64,000 bases of DNA from Alphaproteobacteria bacterium (GTDB lineage: Bacteria; Pseudomonadota; Alphaproteobacteria; GCA-2731375), in NCBI GenBank assembly GCA_965225945.1, contig CBDDBZ010000004.1:9240-73239 (forward strand). Direction: 5' to 3'. The notes beneath the pieces are model-generated. The model searched no databases and had not been told where the DNA came from. It saw only the letters and a list, made by a program, of their open reading frames with translations. Positions 29,739 to 43,635 of the stretch are shown here, one piece after another. The position numbers and the translations under genes were made by a program. How positions within the stretch are numbered: the first letter of the stretch is position 1; the number at the start of each line of letters is the position of its first letter.

Positions 29739-31133
29739 CTAGATCAGGAACCAGGCCGCCAAGCCGAGAAACGCCAGAAAACCGATCACGTCGGTGACGG
29801 TGGTGAGGAAGACGCTGGCGGCCACCGCCGGATCGACGCCGAGGCGCTGACAGGTGAGCGGGATCAGCGTGCCGAACAGGCCGGCGACCAGCAGGTTGAT
29901 CACCATCGCCGCCGCGATCACCAAGCCGAGCGCCGGCATCGCGAACCAAGCCCAAGCGACAACGCCCGTCAGCACCGCGAAGAGCACACCGTTGATGGCG
30001 CCGACCGCTACCTCCTTGCCGACGATGCGGAGCGCGTTGGCCGCCGTCAGGTCCCGCGTCGCCAGCGCCCGGACGGCGACGGTCAGCGTCTGGGTGCCGG
30101 CGTTGCCGCCCATCGAGGCGACGATCGGCATCAACACCGCCAGCGCCACGATCTGCTTGATGGTCGCGTCGAAGAGGCCGATCACGGCCGAGGCGAGAAT
30201 TGCCGTGAACAGGTTGACCAGCAGCCAGGTGAAGCGGGTCCGCGTGGTCCGCCCGACCGATTGCGCCAGGTCGGTCTCGCCGGCGACACCCGCGAGCCGC
30301 AGGATGTCCTCCTCCGCCTCTTCCTCGATCACCTCGGCGATGTCGTCGAAGGTGACGACGCCGACCATGCGGCCGCCGTCGTCGACCACCGGGGCGGACG
30401 CCATGCGGTAGCGGCGAAACAGATAGGCCACCTCCTCCTGGTCCATCTCGAGCGGCACGAGCCGGGTCTCCGGCACCATGATCGCAGCCACCATCACCGG
30501 CCGCTTGGTCCGCATGGCCCGGTAGAGCGGCACGCTGCCGATCGGGCGATGGCGCGGGTCGACGATGAAGATCTCGTAGAACTCGTCCGGCAACTCTGCG
30601 CTATCGCGGCAATAGTCGATGACCTGGCCGACGGTCCAATAGGCCGGTACCGCGACGAACTCGCGCTGCATCAGGCGGGCGGCGGAATCCTCGGGAAAGG
30701 CCAGGCCCTCTCGCACCTGGGCGCGGCCCGGCGCCGGCACCCGGTGCAGGACCTCGTCGCGCGCGTCGGCCTCCATCCGCTCCAGCAGGGAGATGGCGTC
30801 GTCGGTATCGAGATCGGCGATCCATCGGGCGATCGGTTCGGGATCGAGACCGGCGAGCAGGCCTTCGAGAACCGAGGGCTCGAGCTCGATTACCATCTCG
30901 GGATCGAGCTCGTCGCCGAGCCAGGCGACCAGCGTGTCGCGATCGTCGCGGCCCAGCAGGCCGATCAGGTCGGCGAGATCGGCCGCGTGCAGCGGCTGGA
31001 TCAGGACCTCGAGTTCGGACCAGTTCTCCTCGTCGATGGCGTTCTCGACGACGCGCACGTAGTCGGTGCCGACGACATGGACGTCGTTCGGACTGCCGTC
31101 TCTCTCCGCTGTCGTGACCTCGGGCTCGCTCAT
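29739..31133 (-). CDS. mgtE: Magnesium transporter MgtE
   Basis: N-domain, CBS pair, MPIVASMGGNAGTQ, DPA......TT.TD. Confidence 0.96.
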   Translation of the reverse strand: MSEPEVTTAERDGSPNDVHVVGTDYVRVVENAIDEENWSELEVLIQPLHAADLADLIGLLGRDDRDTLVAWLGDELDPEMVIELEPSVLEGLLAGLDPEPIARWIADLDTDDAISLLERMEADARDEVLHRVPAPGRAQVREGLAFPEDSAARLMQREFVAVPAYWTVGQVIDYCRDSAELPDEFYEIFIVDPRHRPIGSVPLYRAMRTKRPVMVAAIMVPETRLVPLEMDQEEVAYLFRRYRMASAPVVDDGGRMVGVVTFDDIAEVIEEEAEEDILRLAGVAGETDLAQSVGRTTRTRFTWLLVNLFTAILASAVIGLFDATIKQIVALAVLMPIVASMGGNAGTQTLTVAVRALATRDLTAANALRIVGKEVAVGAINGVLFAVLTGVVAWAWFAMPALGLVIAAAMVINLLVAGLFGTLIPLTCQRLGVDPAVAASVFLTTVTDVIGFLAFLGLAAWFLI

Positions 31134-31237
31134 CGGCCCCATCCCCGAGCCATCGCCCGGGCGGGTCCCGGCGCGGGCGAAACGGCTCCCGCTTTTACGC
31201 CGGCCGGGCCGGGAACACCACCCGGGCCCGGCCGGTT

Positions 31238-33544
<2,307 letters not shown>

Positions 33545-33615
33545 GGTCCCCTCCCCCGGGTGTCGCTTCGGCGACGGCGCCCCGCCCGCGTTCACGGGCG
33601 CCGAAACGACGAAGC

Positions 33616-33635
33616 CCGTGGAGGCGGCTCCACGG
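33616..33635 (-). terminator. Hairpin downstream of tRNA-Leu
   Basis: CCGTGGAG-GCGG-CTCCACGG, 13 nt past the CCA end; weak U-tract. Confidence 0.45.
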
Positions 33636-33648
33636 ACCAGGGAATTCT

Positions 33649-33736
33649 TGGTGCGGTCGAGAAGACTCGAACTTCCACGGGGTGTTACCCCACAGCGACC
33701 TCAACGCTGCGCGTCTACCAATTCCGCCACGACCGC
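33649..33736 (-). tRNA. tRNA-Leu(GAG)
   Basis: GCGGTCG acceptor stem, D-loop TTGGTAG, anticodon arm CAGCG-TTGAGGT-CGCTG, long variable arm, GTTCGAG, encoded CCA. Confidence 0.97.
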
Positions 33737-33796
33737 ATGAAGGACGTCGATGTAGCAAATCGCGCACTTGTCCGCAAGGGCGCGCGCTTTCGCCGC

Positions 33797-34994
33797 CTCA
33801 CCACCCATCAATTTCTCCAGACTTCCCAGAGGGGCGGGAGGGGGATGAGTCGCTGGAGGCAGGTCTGGATGCGGCGGATGCCACGTTTGAACAGCGATGT
33901 CAGGCTGCGTAGCAGGTTGCGGGGTCGCTTTTCCGGCGGTTTTTTTCGCCCGGGGTGGCCTTGTTGACCACGTCCCACATGCCGACGGACACGGCCCAGA
34001 ACAGCGCCAGCGCCATGACCAGGATAAGGCGACCCAAGCGGTCGGTGCGTTGGATGTGGCTGTCCTCAATACCGAAGCCTCGGGTTTTGAAGTCGGAGAA
34101 CATGGGTTCAATGCCCCACCGGAGCCCGTAATCGAAGGCCCGATGTTTGGTGGGGGCTTCGGACAGCGCGATGATCCAGGGCTCCGGGTGGCCCGCCTCG
34201 TGCACCATGGCGACGTTGGTGGCGACCCGCTTCTCGGTGAGGTCGATGCCGGTGAGCATGTGCTCGCCCCGGGCGAAACACTCGGCCAGGGTGGTCTCCC
34301 CACCGTCCTCGAACACCAACAGGTGCTGCTTGAGCCGCAAGCGCCAGTCCCAGCCCTGGTCCCGGCACCAGGCGATCAAGGCGGGCGAACCGTAGAAACG
34401 GTCGCCCATCAGCACAGGCTTGGCGCTGGCGGGCAGCAACGCCACGACCGCCTCCAATGCCTCGCGCTGCTCGCCAAAGCCGATCGCCCCTCGGGTCTCC
34501 TTGATCCGCCATGACAGCGGCAACGCCCGCCCGGCGATCCGCACCGCCACCATCACCGCCTGATGGCGGGCCGTCAACTGGGTCTGGTCCATGATCAGGA
34601 CAATTTGTTGCCCGCCTGCCCCGACCCGCGCCAGAACGTCGCGTCCGTAAGGCGCCATCACCGCGTCGACCTCGATCAAGTCGTTGCCCAAAAGCCGGCT
34701 GATCCACTGATAGCGCATGTCCAGCCGTTCTGCCGCACGCGGCAGGCGCGCGGCAGGGACGCCGCCAAGTCCATCAGGTTCGCGCTCCGAACGTCCAGCA
34801 TCGTCGCCACCAAAAGCGACAGTCCCTCGCGCTGCTTCTTGTTCTGCCCGGCAAGACGCCCCAGCATGTCCTCACCGATCGTCCCCGACAGCATCTCGAT
34901 ACCAACCATCCGTCGAACTCCGCCTGTGAAAAGGGCGGATTTCTTGAATCACATCAAGATTCTACAAGGCAAGCAAAATCTGATGGGTGGTAAG
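33797..34994 (-). mobile_element. IS4-family insertion sequence
   Basis: TIRs CTCACCACCCATCA / TGATGGGTGGTAAG; 10-bp TSD CTTTCGCCGC at 33787-33796 and 34995-35004. Confidence 0.95.
33900..34909 (-). pseudogene. IS4 transposase, frameshifted
   Basis: MDQT, GDRFY, Y..RWGIEPMFSDFK (YREK); split into ORFs 34909..34676 and 34718..33900 by an 11-bp insertion near 34745. Confidence 0.88.
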
Positions 34995-35064
34995 CTTTCG
35001 CCGCGGCCGATCCGTGCTATGTCACGGGGCTTCGGCGGTCGCGGTAATTGCGGGGAGAGAGACC

Positions 35065-36273
<1,209 letters not shown>

Positions 36274-36383
36274 GCGGCGCCCCCCAACCGAGCCTACGAC
36301 CGACACCATCGACCCGCCATGCTCCGAGCCAGGGGCCCACAGGCGTCCGATCGGCGAGGTTGCAATTGACGCCGCCGGCCGGT

Positions 36384-36863
36384 TCAGTGCCGGATCGGAA
36401 AGGCCCGGTGCTCGACGCGGTCGCCCGCGCGGATCCCCAGGCGCGCGGCGGTACCGCCCAGCAGCTCGAGCACGGCACTGACCGGCATGTCCGAACGAAT
36501 CGACTGTAGCGAGCCAGGCACCGCGCGGTGGTGCAAGTCGAGGATCTCGCCCGACTTCGAAATGAACACCATGTCGAGCGAAAGCCGCGTGTTCTTCATC
36601 CAGAAGCTGGCGACCTGCTCCCGATCGAAGAGGAACAGCATACCCTCGTCGCCGCCCATACGGGTTCGGAACATCAGACCTCGCGAGCGCAAGGCCGGGG
36701 TGTCGACGATTTCCACCGCGAAGGGGAAGCGCGCGCCGGCCTCGGTTTCGATGACGAGTTTCTCCCGCTCGACCGCGAGGAGGCCGTTCGGGGCGAAGCA
36801 TACGAGAAGCACGAACGCGCTCAGCAGCCGGCAAACCCCGACTCGCGCGGCGAATGGCCTCAC
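36384..36863 (-). CDS. DUF192 domain protein
   Basis: RGLMFR, GMLF.F, FWMKNT, VLEL.GG. Confidence 0.92.
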   Translation of the reverse strand: MRPFAARVGVCRLLSAFVLLVCFAPNGLLAVEREKLVIETEAGARFPFAVEIVDTPALRSRGLMFRTRMGGDEGMLFLFDREQVASFWMKNTRLSLDMVFISKSGEILDLHHRAVPGSLQSIRSDMPVSAVLELLGGTAARLGIRAGDRVEHRAFPIRH

Positions 36864-37210
36864 ATCCGGCTCCAGCCGACGTAGGCGCCGCGCATGGCCT
36901 CCATCGCGTCGCGGGTATCCGTGCTGGCCTCGCCCTTCGCCTCGCGCGCGCGTACATAGGAGTCCCGCGCCTCGACGAAGGCGCGCCAGGCTTCCGCCTT
37001 CTCGATCAGGATAGCGTTGCGCATCTCCTGTTCTTCGTCGACGCAGACCCGGAGCGCCTGTTGGAGATGTTCCGCCACGTCCGTGCGACCGACGAAAATG
37101 GCCTGGTTGAGGGCATTCAGGACCTTGTCGGCAAGACGCCGATTATAGGAGGTGAGGCCATGATCGGCGACCAGGTCGTCGATCGACCATTGTTCCGGTT
37201 CCTCACGCAT
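36860..37210 (-). CDS. Hypothetical helical protein
   Basis: RRLADKVL.A..QA...G..DVAE.L; GGAG upstream; GTGA overlap with the DUF192 gene. Confidence 0.7.
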   Translation of the reverse strand: MREEPEQWSIDDLVADHGLTSYNRRLADKVLNALNQAIFVGRTDVAEHLQQALRVCVDEEQEMRNAILIEKAEAWRAFVEARDSYVRAREAKGEASTDTRDAMEAMRGAYVGWSRM

Positions 37211-37375
37211 CGCACATCTCCACAGATCGGATCGGGTCGACTTGATAGGGCATGGCCGACCGACACGGCAGCCCTGCGCGGCGGCCATATCGGCGAGGCC
37301 ACCAAATCGGCGGCCGCCGAAGGCCGACCGCCGCTGGTCGCGCCAAGGCGCGGAGATCTCGAGCCGGCCGGGCGA

Positions 37376-38017
37376 TCAGGGCCGGTTAGACTCGATCCTG
37401 CTCTTGATCCTATCGACCAAGGCGGCGGCGGCGTCCTTGGTCGGCTTGCCATCCGAGTCGGCCGCCGGCGCCGGTGCGGGATCCTCCGCCGGGACAGCCG
37501 CTAAGGCCGGCGTCTCTCCCGCCTCCGCCTCCTCCGCCTCCTCCGCCTCGGCCACGAGCGCGACGGCGGCGGGCGCCGCCGGGGCGGGCGCGGCCGCCGC
37601 ATCACCCTCGACGCGGGCGACGAGCTGTTCCAGCATCTCCGCGAGACCGTTCTTTTCGGTCTCGACCGCCTGCTTCTCGGCCTTGAGCGTGACCACTTCC
37701 TGCTCGGCCGCCTGTTTCGCCTGGTCGAGCTGCTCCATTTCAGCCCGCGTCTGCTCCTGCGAGACCTCCAGGTTCTTGCTCGCTTCCTCGGCGGCCTTGC
37801 GCCCGCTCTCGGCTTGCGCCGATTCCAACATCAGCTTCTGATTATTTTCCTTGAGCGTCTGCGCCTCGCTCGACAGGCCGTCGCGCTCGTTCGTCCGCGC
37901 CGAGACCAAGGTCTCGAGCCGTTCGATCGTCACGCGCGCTTCGTCCTGCTTCTCCTTGCGCCCGTCGAGCGCCGCCGCCGCCGCCGCGCGAGCCTGTAAT
38001 TCCTGTAGATTACTCAT
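37376..38017 (-). CDS. Coiled-coil protein with acidic Ala/Pro-rich tail
   Basis: GGAGGT RBS; heptad-rich N-terminal two thirds; host-like codon usage. Confidence 0.75.
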   Translation of the reverse strand: MSNLQELQARAAAAAALDGRKEKQDEARVTIERLETLVSARTNERDGLSSEAQTLKENNQKLMLESAQAESGRKAAEEASKNLEVSQEQTRAEMEQLDQAKQAAEQEVVTLKAEKQAVETEKNGLAEMLEQLVARVEGDAAAAPAPAAPAAVALVAEAEEAEEAEAGETPALAAVPAEDPAPAPAADSDGKPTKDAAAALVDRIKSRIESNRP

Positions 38018-38549
38018 GGCGTTACCTCCATCACGCGCGCGATGGGTCCCGGATTCGGACCTGAACCCTCGCCGCCGTTCTTTTCTTCCCTAAATATGCC
38101 GCGTTGTGCGCCGAATGTGAAGGGCTTTCGGGACAAATCACGCAACTTTTCCGCGACAAACGGCGCGGCGAAGCGGCAAGATCGACGACTGTTCGGAGGG
38201 AAAAAGGGAAAATATTTATAGGGAACGCGTTCGCCAGACGCGGAGAGCGGGCCACGTAGCTTGCGGAATGATCATCTCGCGGGCCACCATGGCGGGGCCC
38301 CTCGTCTCGCGTTTGCCACATGCGCGGGAGCTCTTCGCCGCCAACCACGTGGCGCTGGCCTGGTATCTCGACCATAGCTTCGAGATCATCGGTGGTGGAT
38401 TTGCCGCGCTTCGGAGGCGGCGGGTTGTCGAGATCCACCCGCGCCGGACGGTGAGTGACAGCGGAGGAGTCCTCGGCTGGGCATCGGCGCGGCCTTCGCT
38501 TATTGTTGCCAGCACGCGCGTGATTTCGTGAGCACGGGGAGGGAATAGA

Positions 38550-39416
38550 ATGCGCATCGTCAATTTCAGCAAGAATGGGACGCCCACGCTCGCGGTACGC
38601 CGGCGGCGGAAGCTGGTGGATCTCTCGATCGCGGCGCCGGAGCTGGCGAGCGATCTGAGGAGCCTGGTGGCCGGCGGCGCCCGGGCCTTGGAGAACGCCG
38701 CGGCCGCGGCCGCCAAGGCCGGCGCCGACGCCCAGGTCGACGAGAAGGGCCTGATTTACCTGCCGCCGGTGCACAATCCGAGCAAAATCATTTGCCTCGG
38801 CCTCAATTATCGCGACCACGCGATCGAGACCGGCAATCCGATCCCGAAATATCCCGTGGTTTTCACCCGGGCGGCGACCACGCTCACCGGCCATGGCCAG
38901 CGGATGGTCGTGCCCAAGGTCTCGAAGCAGCTCGACTACGAATGCGAGCTCGCGGTTGTCATCGGCAAGGGCGGGCGGCATATTCGCAAGGCCCGCGCCC
39001 TCGACCACGTCGCGGGCTATTCCTGCTTCAACGACGGCTCGATCCGCGACTATCAGTTCAAGTCGAGCCAGTTCATCATGGGCAAGAACTTCGACGCCAC
39101 CGGCGGTTTCGGGCCAGAGATGGTGACGCCGGACGAGCTGCCGGCCGGTGCCAACGGTCTCGACATCACCACCAAGCTGAACGGCAAGTCGATGCAGAAG
39201 TCGAATACCGAACAGCACATCTTCGACGTGCCGACGACGATCCAGGTGCTTTCCGAGGTGATGACGCTGGAGTCGGGCGACGTCATCATCATGGGTACGC
39301 CCCACGGCGTCGGCGCCGCCCGCAAGCCCCCTGTCTGGATGAAGTCGGGCGATGTCTGCGAAATCACCATCAAGGGCATCGGCACGTTGATGAACCGAAT
39401 CGTCGGCGAGAAGTAG
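38550..39416 (+). CDS. Fumarylacetoacetate hydrolase family protein
   Basis: GLNYRDH, DYECEL, GKNFD, GTPHGVG. Confidence 0.94.
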   Translation: MRIVNFSKNGTPTLAVRRRRKLVDLSIAAPELASDLRSLVAGGARALENAAAAAAKAGADAQVDEKGLIYLPPVHNPSKIICLGLNYRDHAIETGNPIPKYPVVFTRAATTLTGHGQRMVVPKVSKQLDYECELAVVIGKGGRHIRKARALDHVAGYSCFNDGSIRDYQFKSSQFIMGKNFDATGGFGPEMVTPDELPAGANGLDITTKLNGKSMQKSNTEQHIFDVPTTIQVLSEVMTLESGDVIIMGTPHGVGAARKPPVWMKSGDVCEITIKGIGTLMNRIVGEK

Positions 39417-39456
39417 CCCCCCGAACCACCACTTCGACGACGAAGGATCGACGGCC

Positions 39457-40332
39457 TTGGACACGTCCGTGAACGGCGCCTACCAGCCGCGCCGCAGCTT
39501 CATCTTCGCCCCCGGCACCCGCCCGGACATGTTCCCCAAGGCGCTGGCCTCCGGCGCCGATATCGTCTGCGTCGACCTGGAGGACGCGATCGCGCCGCAA
39601 CACAAGGACGAGGCACGCGAGAAGACCCTGGCGCTATTCCACGAGCCACAGGCCGACGACGGGGTCGAACGGATGGTCCGGGTCAATTGCTTGCGCACGC
39701 GTGACGGCTACGCCGATATCGTGGCGATCCTCGACGCCCCGGCGCCACCGCCGGCGATCATGTTGCCCAAGGTCGTCTCGCCCGACGAGGTCGCGGGCCT
39801 CGACGAGCTGTTCACCGAAAGCGATGTTCCCACCCGCCTCCACGTCATCATCGAGACCAATCGCGGCCTCGAGGCCTGTCACGAGATCGCCCGCGCGACG
39901 GATCGGATCGACGCGCTCTTCTTCGGCGGGGTCGACATGGCGGCGGAGCTCGGGGCCGGCGGCGATTGGGCCTCGCTGCTCTATGCCCGCGCCCGGCTGG
40001 CGCACGCGGCGGCGAACGCCGAACTCGACGTGATCGACGTGCCGTTCCTGGATCTCAACGACCTCGACGGCATGCGGGCAGAGGCAGAGGCCTGCGCCAA
40101 CCTCGGCTTCAGTGGCAAGGGCTCGATCCATCCCAAGCAGATCCCGATCCTGAACGAGGTGTTCGGTCCGAGCGAGGCCCAGGTCGCGCATGCCCGCCGG
40201 ATCATCACGGAGTTCGAGGCCGGTGACAGCGGGCTGCTGGTCGTCGATGGCAAGCTGATCGAGAAACCGGTGCTCAGGACGATGTATCGCCTCGTCGCCG
40301 TGGCCGAACAGATCGCCGCCCGCGCGACGTAG
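39457..40332 (+). CDS. CitE/malyl-CoA lyase-like (HpcH/HpaI) protein
   Basis: RRS..F.PG, DLEDAI, VRVN, IIET..G, GK..IHPKQI. Confidence 0.88.
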   Translation: MDTSVNGAYQPRRSFIFAPGTRPDMFPKALASGADIVCVDLEDAIAPQHKDEAREKTLALFHEPQADDGVERMVRVNCLRTRDGYADIVAILDAPAPPPAIMLPKVVSPDEVAGLDELFTESDVPTRLHVIIETNRGLEACHEIARATDRIDALFFGGVDMAAELGAGGDWASLLYARARLAHAAANAELDVIDVPFLDLNDLDGMRAEAEACANLGFSGKGSIHPKQIPILNEVFGPSEAQVAHARRIITEFEAGDSGLLVVDGKLIEKPVLRTMYRLVAVAEQIAARAT

Positions 40333-40432
40333 CGGCCGAGGCGCGATGTCCCGGCTTGCTTGCAATCCGTTATTGCCGAATTATACCTTTCAAGATCGGT
40401 ATTCGATCCTAATTAGGAAATGATTCCGTGAA

Positions 40433-41380
40433 ATGGAATGCGCCATCCACGTGATCCACGAGAACACCGAGTGGTCGGCCCCCCTCTTCGCCGAGCTGAC
40501 GGTGCGCGGTCTTCCCTTCGAGGACTGGTATCTCGATGCCGGCGGCCTCGATCTCTCGGCGCCCCCGCCTGAGGGTGTCTTCTACAACCGGATGAGCGCG
40601 TCGGCCCACACCCGCGGACACCGCTATTCGCCGGAATACGCCGGCGCCGTGCTCGCCTGGCTGGACGGCCATGATCGCCGCGTGATCAACGATTCCCGCG
40701 CGCTTCGCCTGGAGATCAGCAAGGTCGCGCAATATATGGCGCTCGGCCGCCACGGCATTCGGGTCCCGAAGACGATCGCCGCCGTCGGCGGCGAAGCGAT
40801 CCGCGAGGCGGCGGCCGCCTTCGACGGCCCGTTCATCACCAAACACAACCGCGCCGGCAAGGGCCTCGGCGTCCATCTCTTCGAGACGCCGGGCGAGTTG
40901 GACGGCTATCTGGCTAGCTCCGAGTTCGAGCCGCCGGTCGACGGCATCACCCTCGTCCAGCACTACATCCGCGCGCCGGAGCCGTTCATTACCCGGGTCG
41001 AGTTCGTCGGTGGCGAATTACTCTACGCCGTCAGGGTCGATACCTCCGAGGGTTTCGAGCTCTGCCCGGCCGACGTCTGCGCGCTGCCCGACGGCCCCCG
41101 AGAAACGTTCGAGATCATCCCCGACTTCGAGAGCCCACTGGTCGAGAAATACCGTGCCTTCCTGGCCGACAACGGCATCGCCGTCGCCGGCATCGAGTTC
41201 ATCGAAGACGCGGATGGCACCCACTTTACTTACGACGTCAACACCAACACCAATTACAACCCCCCGGCCGAGAGCAAGGCCGGCATCTCCGCCATGGCGG
41301 CCATCGCGCGCTATTTAGGCCAGGAGTTGGCCCGCCAGTCCTGCGCCGATAACTGGCGCGAGGCGATGGCCGGTTCGTGA
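40433..41380 (+). CDS. RimK-like ATP-grasp ligase
   Basis: NRMSASAHTR, KHNRAGKGLGV, YDVNTNTNY. Confidence 0.85.
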   Translation: MECAIHVIHENTEWSAPLFAELTVRGLPFEDWYLDAGGLDLSAPPPEGVFYNRMSASAHTRGHRYSPEYAGAVLAWLDGHDRRVINDSRALRLEISKVAQYMALGRHGIRVPKTIAAVGGEAIREAAAAFDGPFITKHNRAGKGLGVHLFETPGELDGYLASSEFEPPVDGITLVQHYIRAPEPFITRVEFVGGELLYAVRVDTSEGFELCPADVCALPDGPRETFEIIPDFESPLVEKYRAFLADNGIAVAGIEFIEDADGTHFTYDVNTNTNYNPPAESKAGISAMAAIARYLGQELARQSCADNWREAMAGS

Positions 41381-41421
41381 CGATTTGCGCCGCCATGTGA
41401 CGGCGTGATAGGCGTCGGATC

Positions 41422-41859
41422 ATGAAGCTGCCCCTCGAAGGTGGATGTCAGTGCGGCCGGGTGCGCTATCGCGTTACCGGCCGACCGCGCGCGCTCTACG
41501 CCTGTCACTGCACCGAATGCCAGCGCCAGTCGGGAAGCGCCTTCGGGCTCTCGCTCCTGGTGAACCACGCCGACATGGAGGTGACGGGCGCACTGAATTC
41601 CTTTGGCCGACCGACCGAGGGGGGCGACGTCAACCGAGGCTACTTCTGCCCGAAGTGCGGCACCCGGATCTATCACCGGAACGACGGGTCGCCGCGGACG
41701 CTTTCGATCAAGCCCGGCACGCTCGACGACACCTCCTGGCTCCGCCCCCGCGGCCACATCTGGCGGCGAAGCGGACAAACCTGGTTCATCCCGCCCTCCG
41801 ACCAGCCCAGCCACGACGGGCAGCCCACGGACCCGGGAATTTTCCATTTAGACGACTGA
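41422..41859 (+). CDS. GFA/CENP-V family zinc protein
   Basis: GGCQCG, CHCTECQR, FCPKCGT. Confidence 0.93.
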   Translation: MKLPLEGGCQCGRVRYRVTGRPRALYACHCTECQRQSGSAFGLSLLVNHADMEVTGALNSFGRPTEGGDVNRGYFCPKCGTRIYHRNDGSPRTLSIKPGTLDDTSWLRPRGHIWRRSGQTWFIPPSDQPSHDGQPTDPGIFHLDD

Positions 41860-41919
41860 CCAGCCCGACACCGCCGCCCTTGAATTCCGACCGCCACGTC
41901 CCACATGAGCGGACGACGC

Positions 41920-41938
41920 ATATATCACTTTGATATAT
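41920..41938. promoter_or_regulatory. Putative PadR operator
   Basis: Perfect palindrome ATATATCA-CTT-TGATATAT ending 39 bp before the PadR ATG. Confidence 0.7.
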
Positions 41939-41976
41939 CGTCACCCGACGGACGACGGGACGGGGACGGCGGGATC

Positions 41977-42519
41977 ATGGACGTCAAAACGATGTGCCTG
42001 GGCGTGTTGTCGATCCGCGAGGCCACGGGCTACGAGATCAAGAAGCGCCTCGAGGGGCCGTTCCGGCACTTCTATCAGGCCAGCTTCGGGGCGATCTATC
42101 CGGCGCTCGGCGGCCTGCTGAAGGGCGGCCTGGTCAGCGTCAGGGAGCAGGCACAGGACGGCAAGCCCGACAAGAAAATCTATTCCCTGACCGAAGCCGG
42201 TCGCCTAGCGCTCCTGGAAGAACTGTCGCGCCCGCCCGGGAGGGACAAAATTCGCTCCGAGTTCCTGGCCCAGATGGTCTTCGTCGAGCTGTTGCCGGAC
42301 GACTTGGTGGCCGAGTGGATCGAGACCCGGCTGGCGCACTATGAAACACAGCTCTCGGAATTGGGCGAGATCGACGCCGATCGTCTCCCGCCGGGGCGGC
42401 GCTTCGTGCTCGGCTACGGCTTGGCGGTCTATCGGGCCGGCAACGACTATCTTCGCGCCAACCGGCATCGGCTCGAGCAAGCGTCGCGTCCGACGGCCGG
42501 CCGCGACGCGTCGGATTAG
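41977..42519 (+). CDS. PadR family regulator
   Basis: TGYEIKK, SFGAIYPAL, PDKKIYSLTEAG. Confidence 0.93.
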   Translation: MDVKTMCLGVLSIREATGYEIKKRLEGPFRHFYQASFGAIYPALGGLLKGGLVSVREQAQDGKPDKKIYSLTEAGRLALLEELSRPPGRDKIRSEFLAQMVFVELLPDDLVAEWIETRLAHYETQLSELGEIDADRLPPGRRFVLGYGLAVYRAGNDYLRANRHRLEQASRPTAGRDASD

Positions 42520-42531
42520 GGAGAGGCGACG

Positions 42532-43635
42532 ATGCGACGAAGCGTCCTCTACGCCGCCCTGATCGCGCTCGCCGCCGTCGCCTGGGTGGCGAGCGGCAAT
42601 CTGCCCGACTGGGTGGCAAGCGCCGGCGACGAGGCGCGGCCCACCGCCGAGGCCACGTCGGCCACCGAAAAGGCGGACCGACCCCTCCCCTCCGTTCGCG
42701 TGATGCGATCCATCGCGCGGGAGCGCCGGCGCGAGGTGCTGGTCTATGGCCACACGGAGGCCATCCGCAAGGTCGACATCAAGGCCGAGACGCCGGGTCG
42801 CGTGGTCGCGCTGCCGACGCCGAAGGGGGCCCGGGTCAAGAAGGGACAGATCATCGCCCGCCTGGCCATCGACGAGCGCGAGGCGATGCTGCGGGAGGCC
42901 GAGGCCCTGGTCCGCCAGCGAGAGATCGAATACAGCGCCGCCAAACGGCTGAAGGCCAAGGGCTTCCGCGCCGAGACCACCTTTGCGGCGACGCGCGCCA
43001 GCCTGGACGCGGCGCGGGCTCAAGTCACCCGGATCGAGATCGACATCGCCAAGACCCGGGTCCGCGCACCCTTCGACGGCGTCATCGAGGCGCAACCGGC
43101 GGAACTCGGCGCCTACCTCAAGGTGGGCGAAGTGGTTGCCCAGCTGATCGACCAGGATCCCTATCTGGTGATCGGCTCCCTCTCCGAGAACGATATCGCC
43201 GGCCTGGCGCCGGGTGCCACGGCCAGTGCCGTGCTGGTAACCGGAGAGCGACTGGAAGGCCGCATCCGCTTCATCGCCGCGGCCGCCGATCCCGCGACCC
43301 GCACCTTCCGGATCGAGCTCGAGGTGGCAAACCCCGAGGGTCGGCTGCGCGACGGCATTACTGCCGAGCTAAAGCTGCCGCTCGGCATGCTCAGGGCCCA
43401 TCGGCTTTCGCCCGCGCTCCTGGTGCTGAACGATGAAGGCAGCATCGGCGTCCGCGCGATCGGCGAGGACGACCGGGTGGTCTTCCACGCCGTGAGCGTG
43501 CTCGGCGACGACGCCGAGGGTGTCTGGGTCGCCGGCCTGCCGGAGAGCGTCGACATTATCGCCGTCGGCCAAGGCTACGTGCGCGCCGGTCAGGTCGTCC
43601 GCGTGATCCGCGTGGGCGCGGACGCCGACTCGTGA
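42532..43635 (+). CDS. RND efflux periplasmic adaptor (MFP)
   Basis: N-terminal anchor, G.RVKKGQIIA, RAPFDG, ADPATRTF. Confidence 0.93.
   Translation: MRRSVLYAALIALAAVAWVASGNLPDWVASAGDEARPTAEATSATEKADRPLPSVRVMRSIARERRREVLVYGHTEAIRKVDIKAETPGRVVALPTPKGARVKKGQIIARLAIDEREAMLREAEALVRQREIEYSAAKRLKAKGFRAETTFAATRASLDAARAQVTRIEIDIAKTRVRAPFDGVIEAQPAELGAYLKVGEVVAQLIDQDPYLVIGSLSENDIAGLAPGATASAVLVTGERLEGRIRFIAAAADPATRTFRIELEVANPEGRLRDGITAELKLPLGMLRAHRLSPALLVLNDEGSIGVRAIGEDDRVVFHAVSVLGDDAEGVWVAGLPESVDIIAVGQGYVRAGQVVRVIRVGADADS

Noticed and set aside
33649-35004. tRNA-anchored integrative island
   Set aside because: No integrase and no duplicated tRNA 3' end; only an IS4 on the 5' side.
37519-37548. 9-bp tandem repeats here and at the recA 3' end (about 58909..58935)
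   Set aside because: In-frame low-complexity EA-rich coding repeats, not CRISPR or contingency loci.
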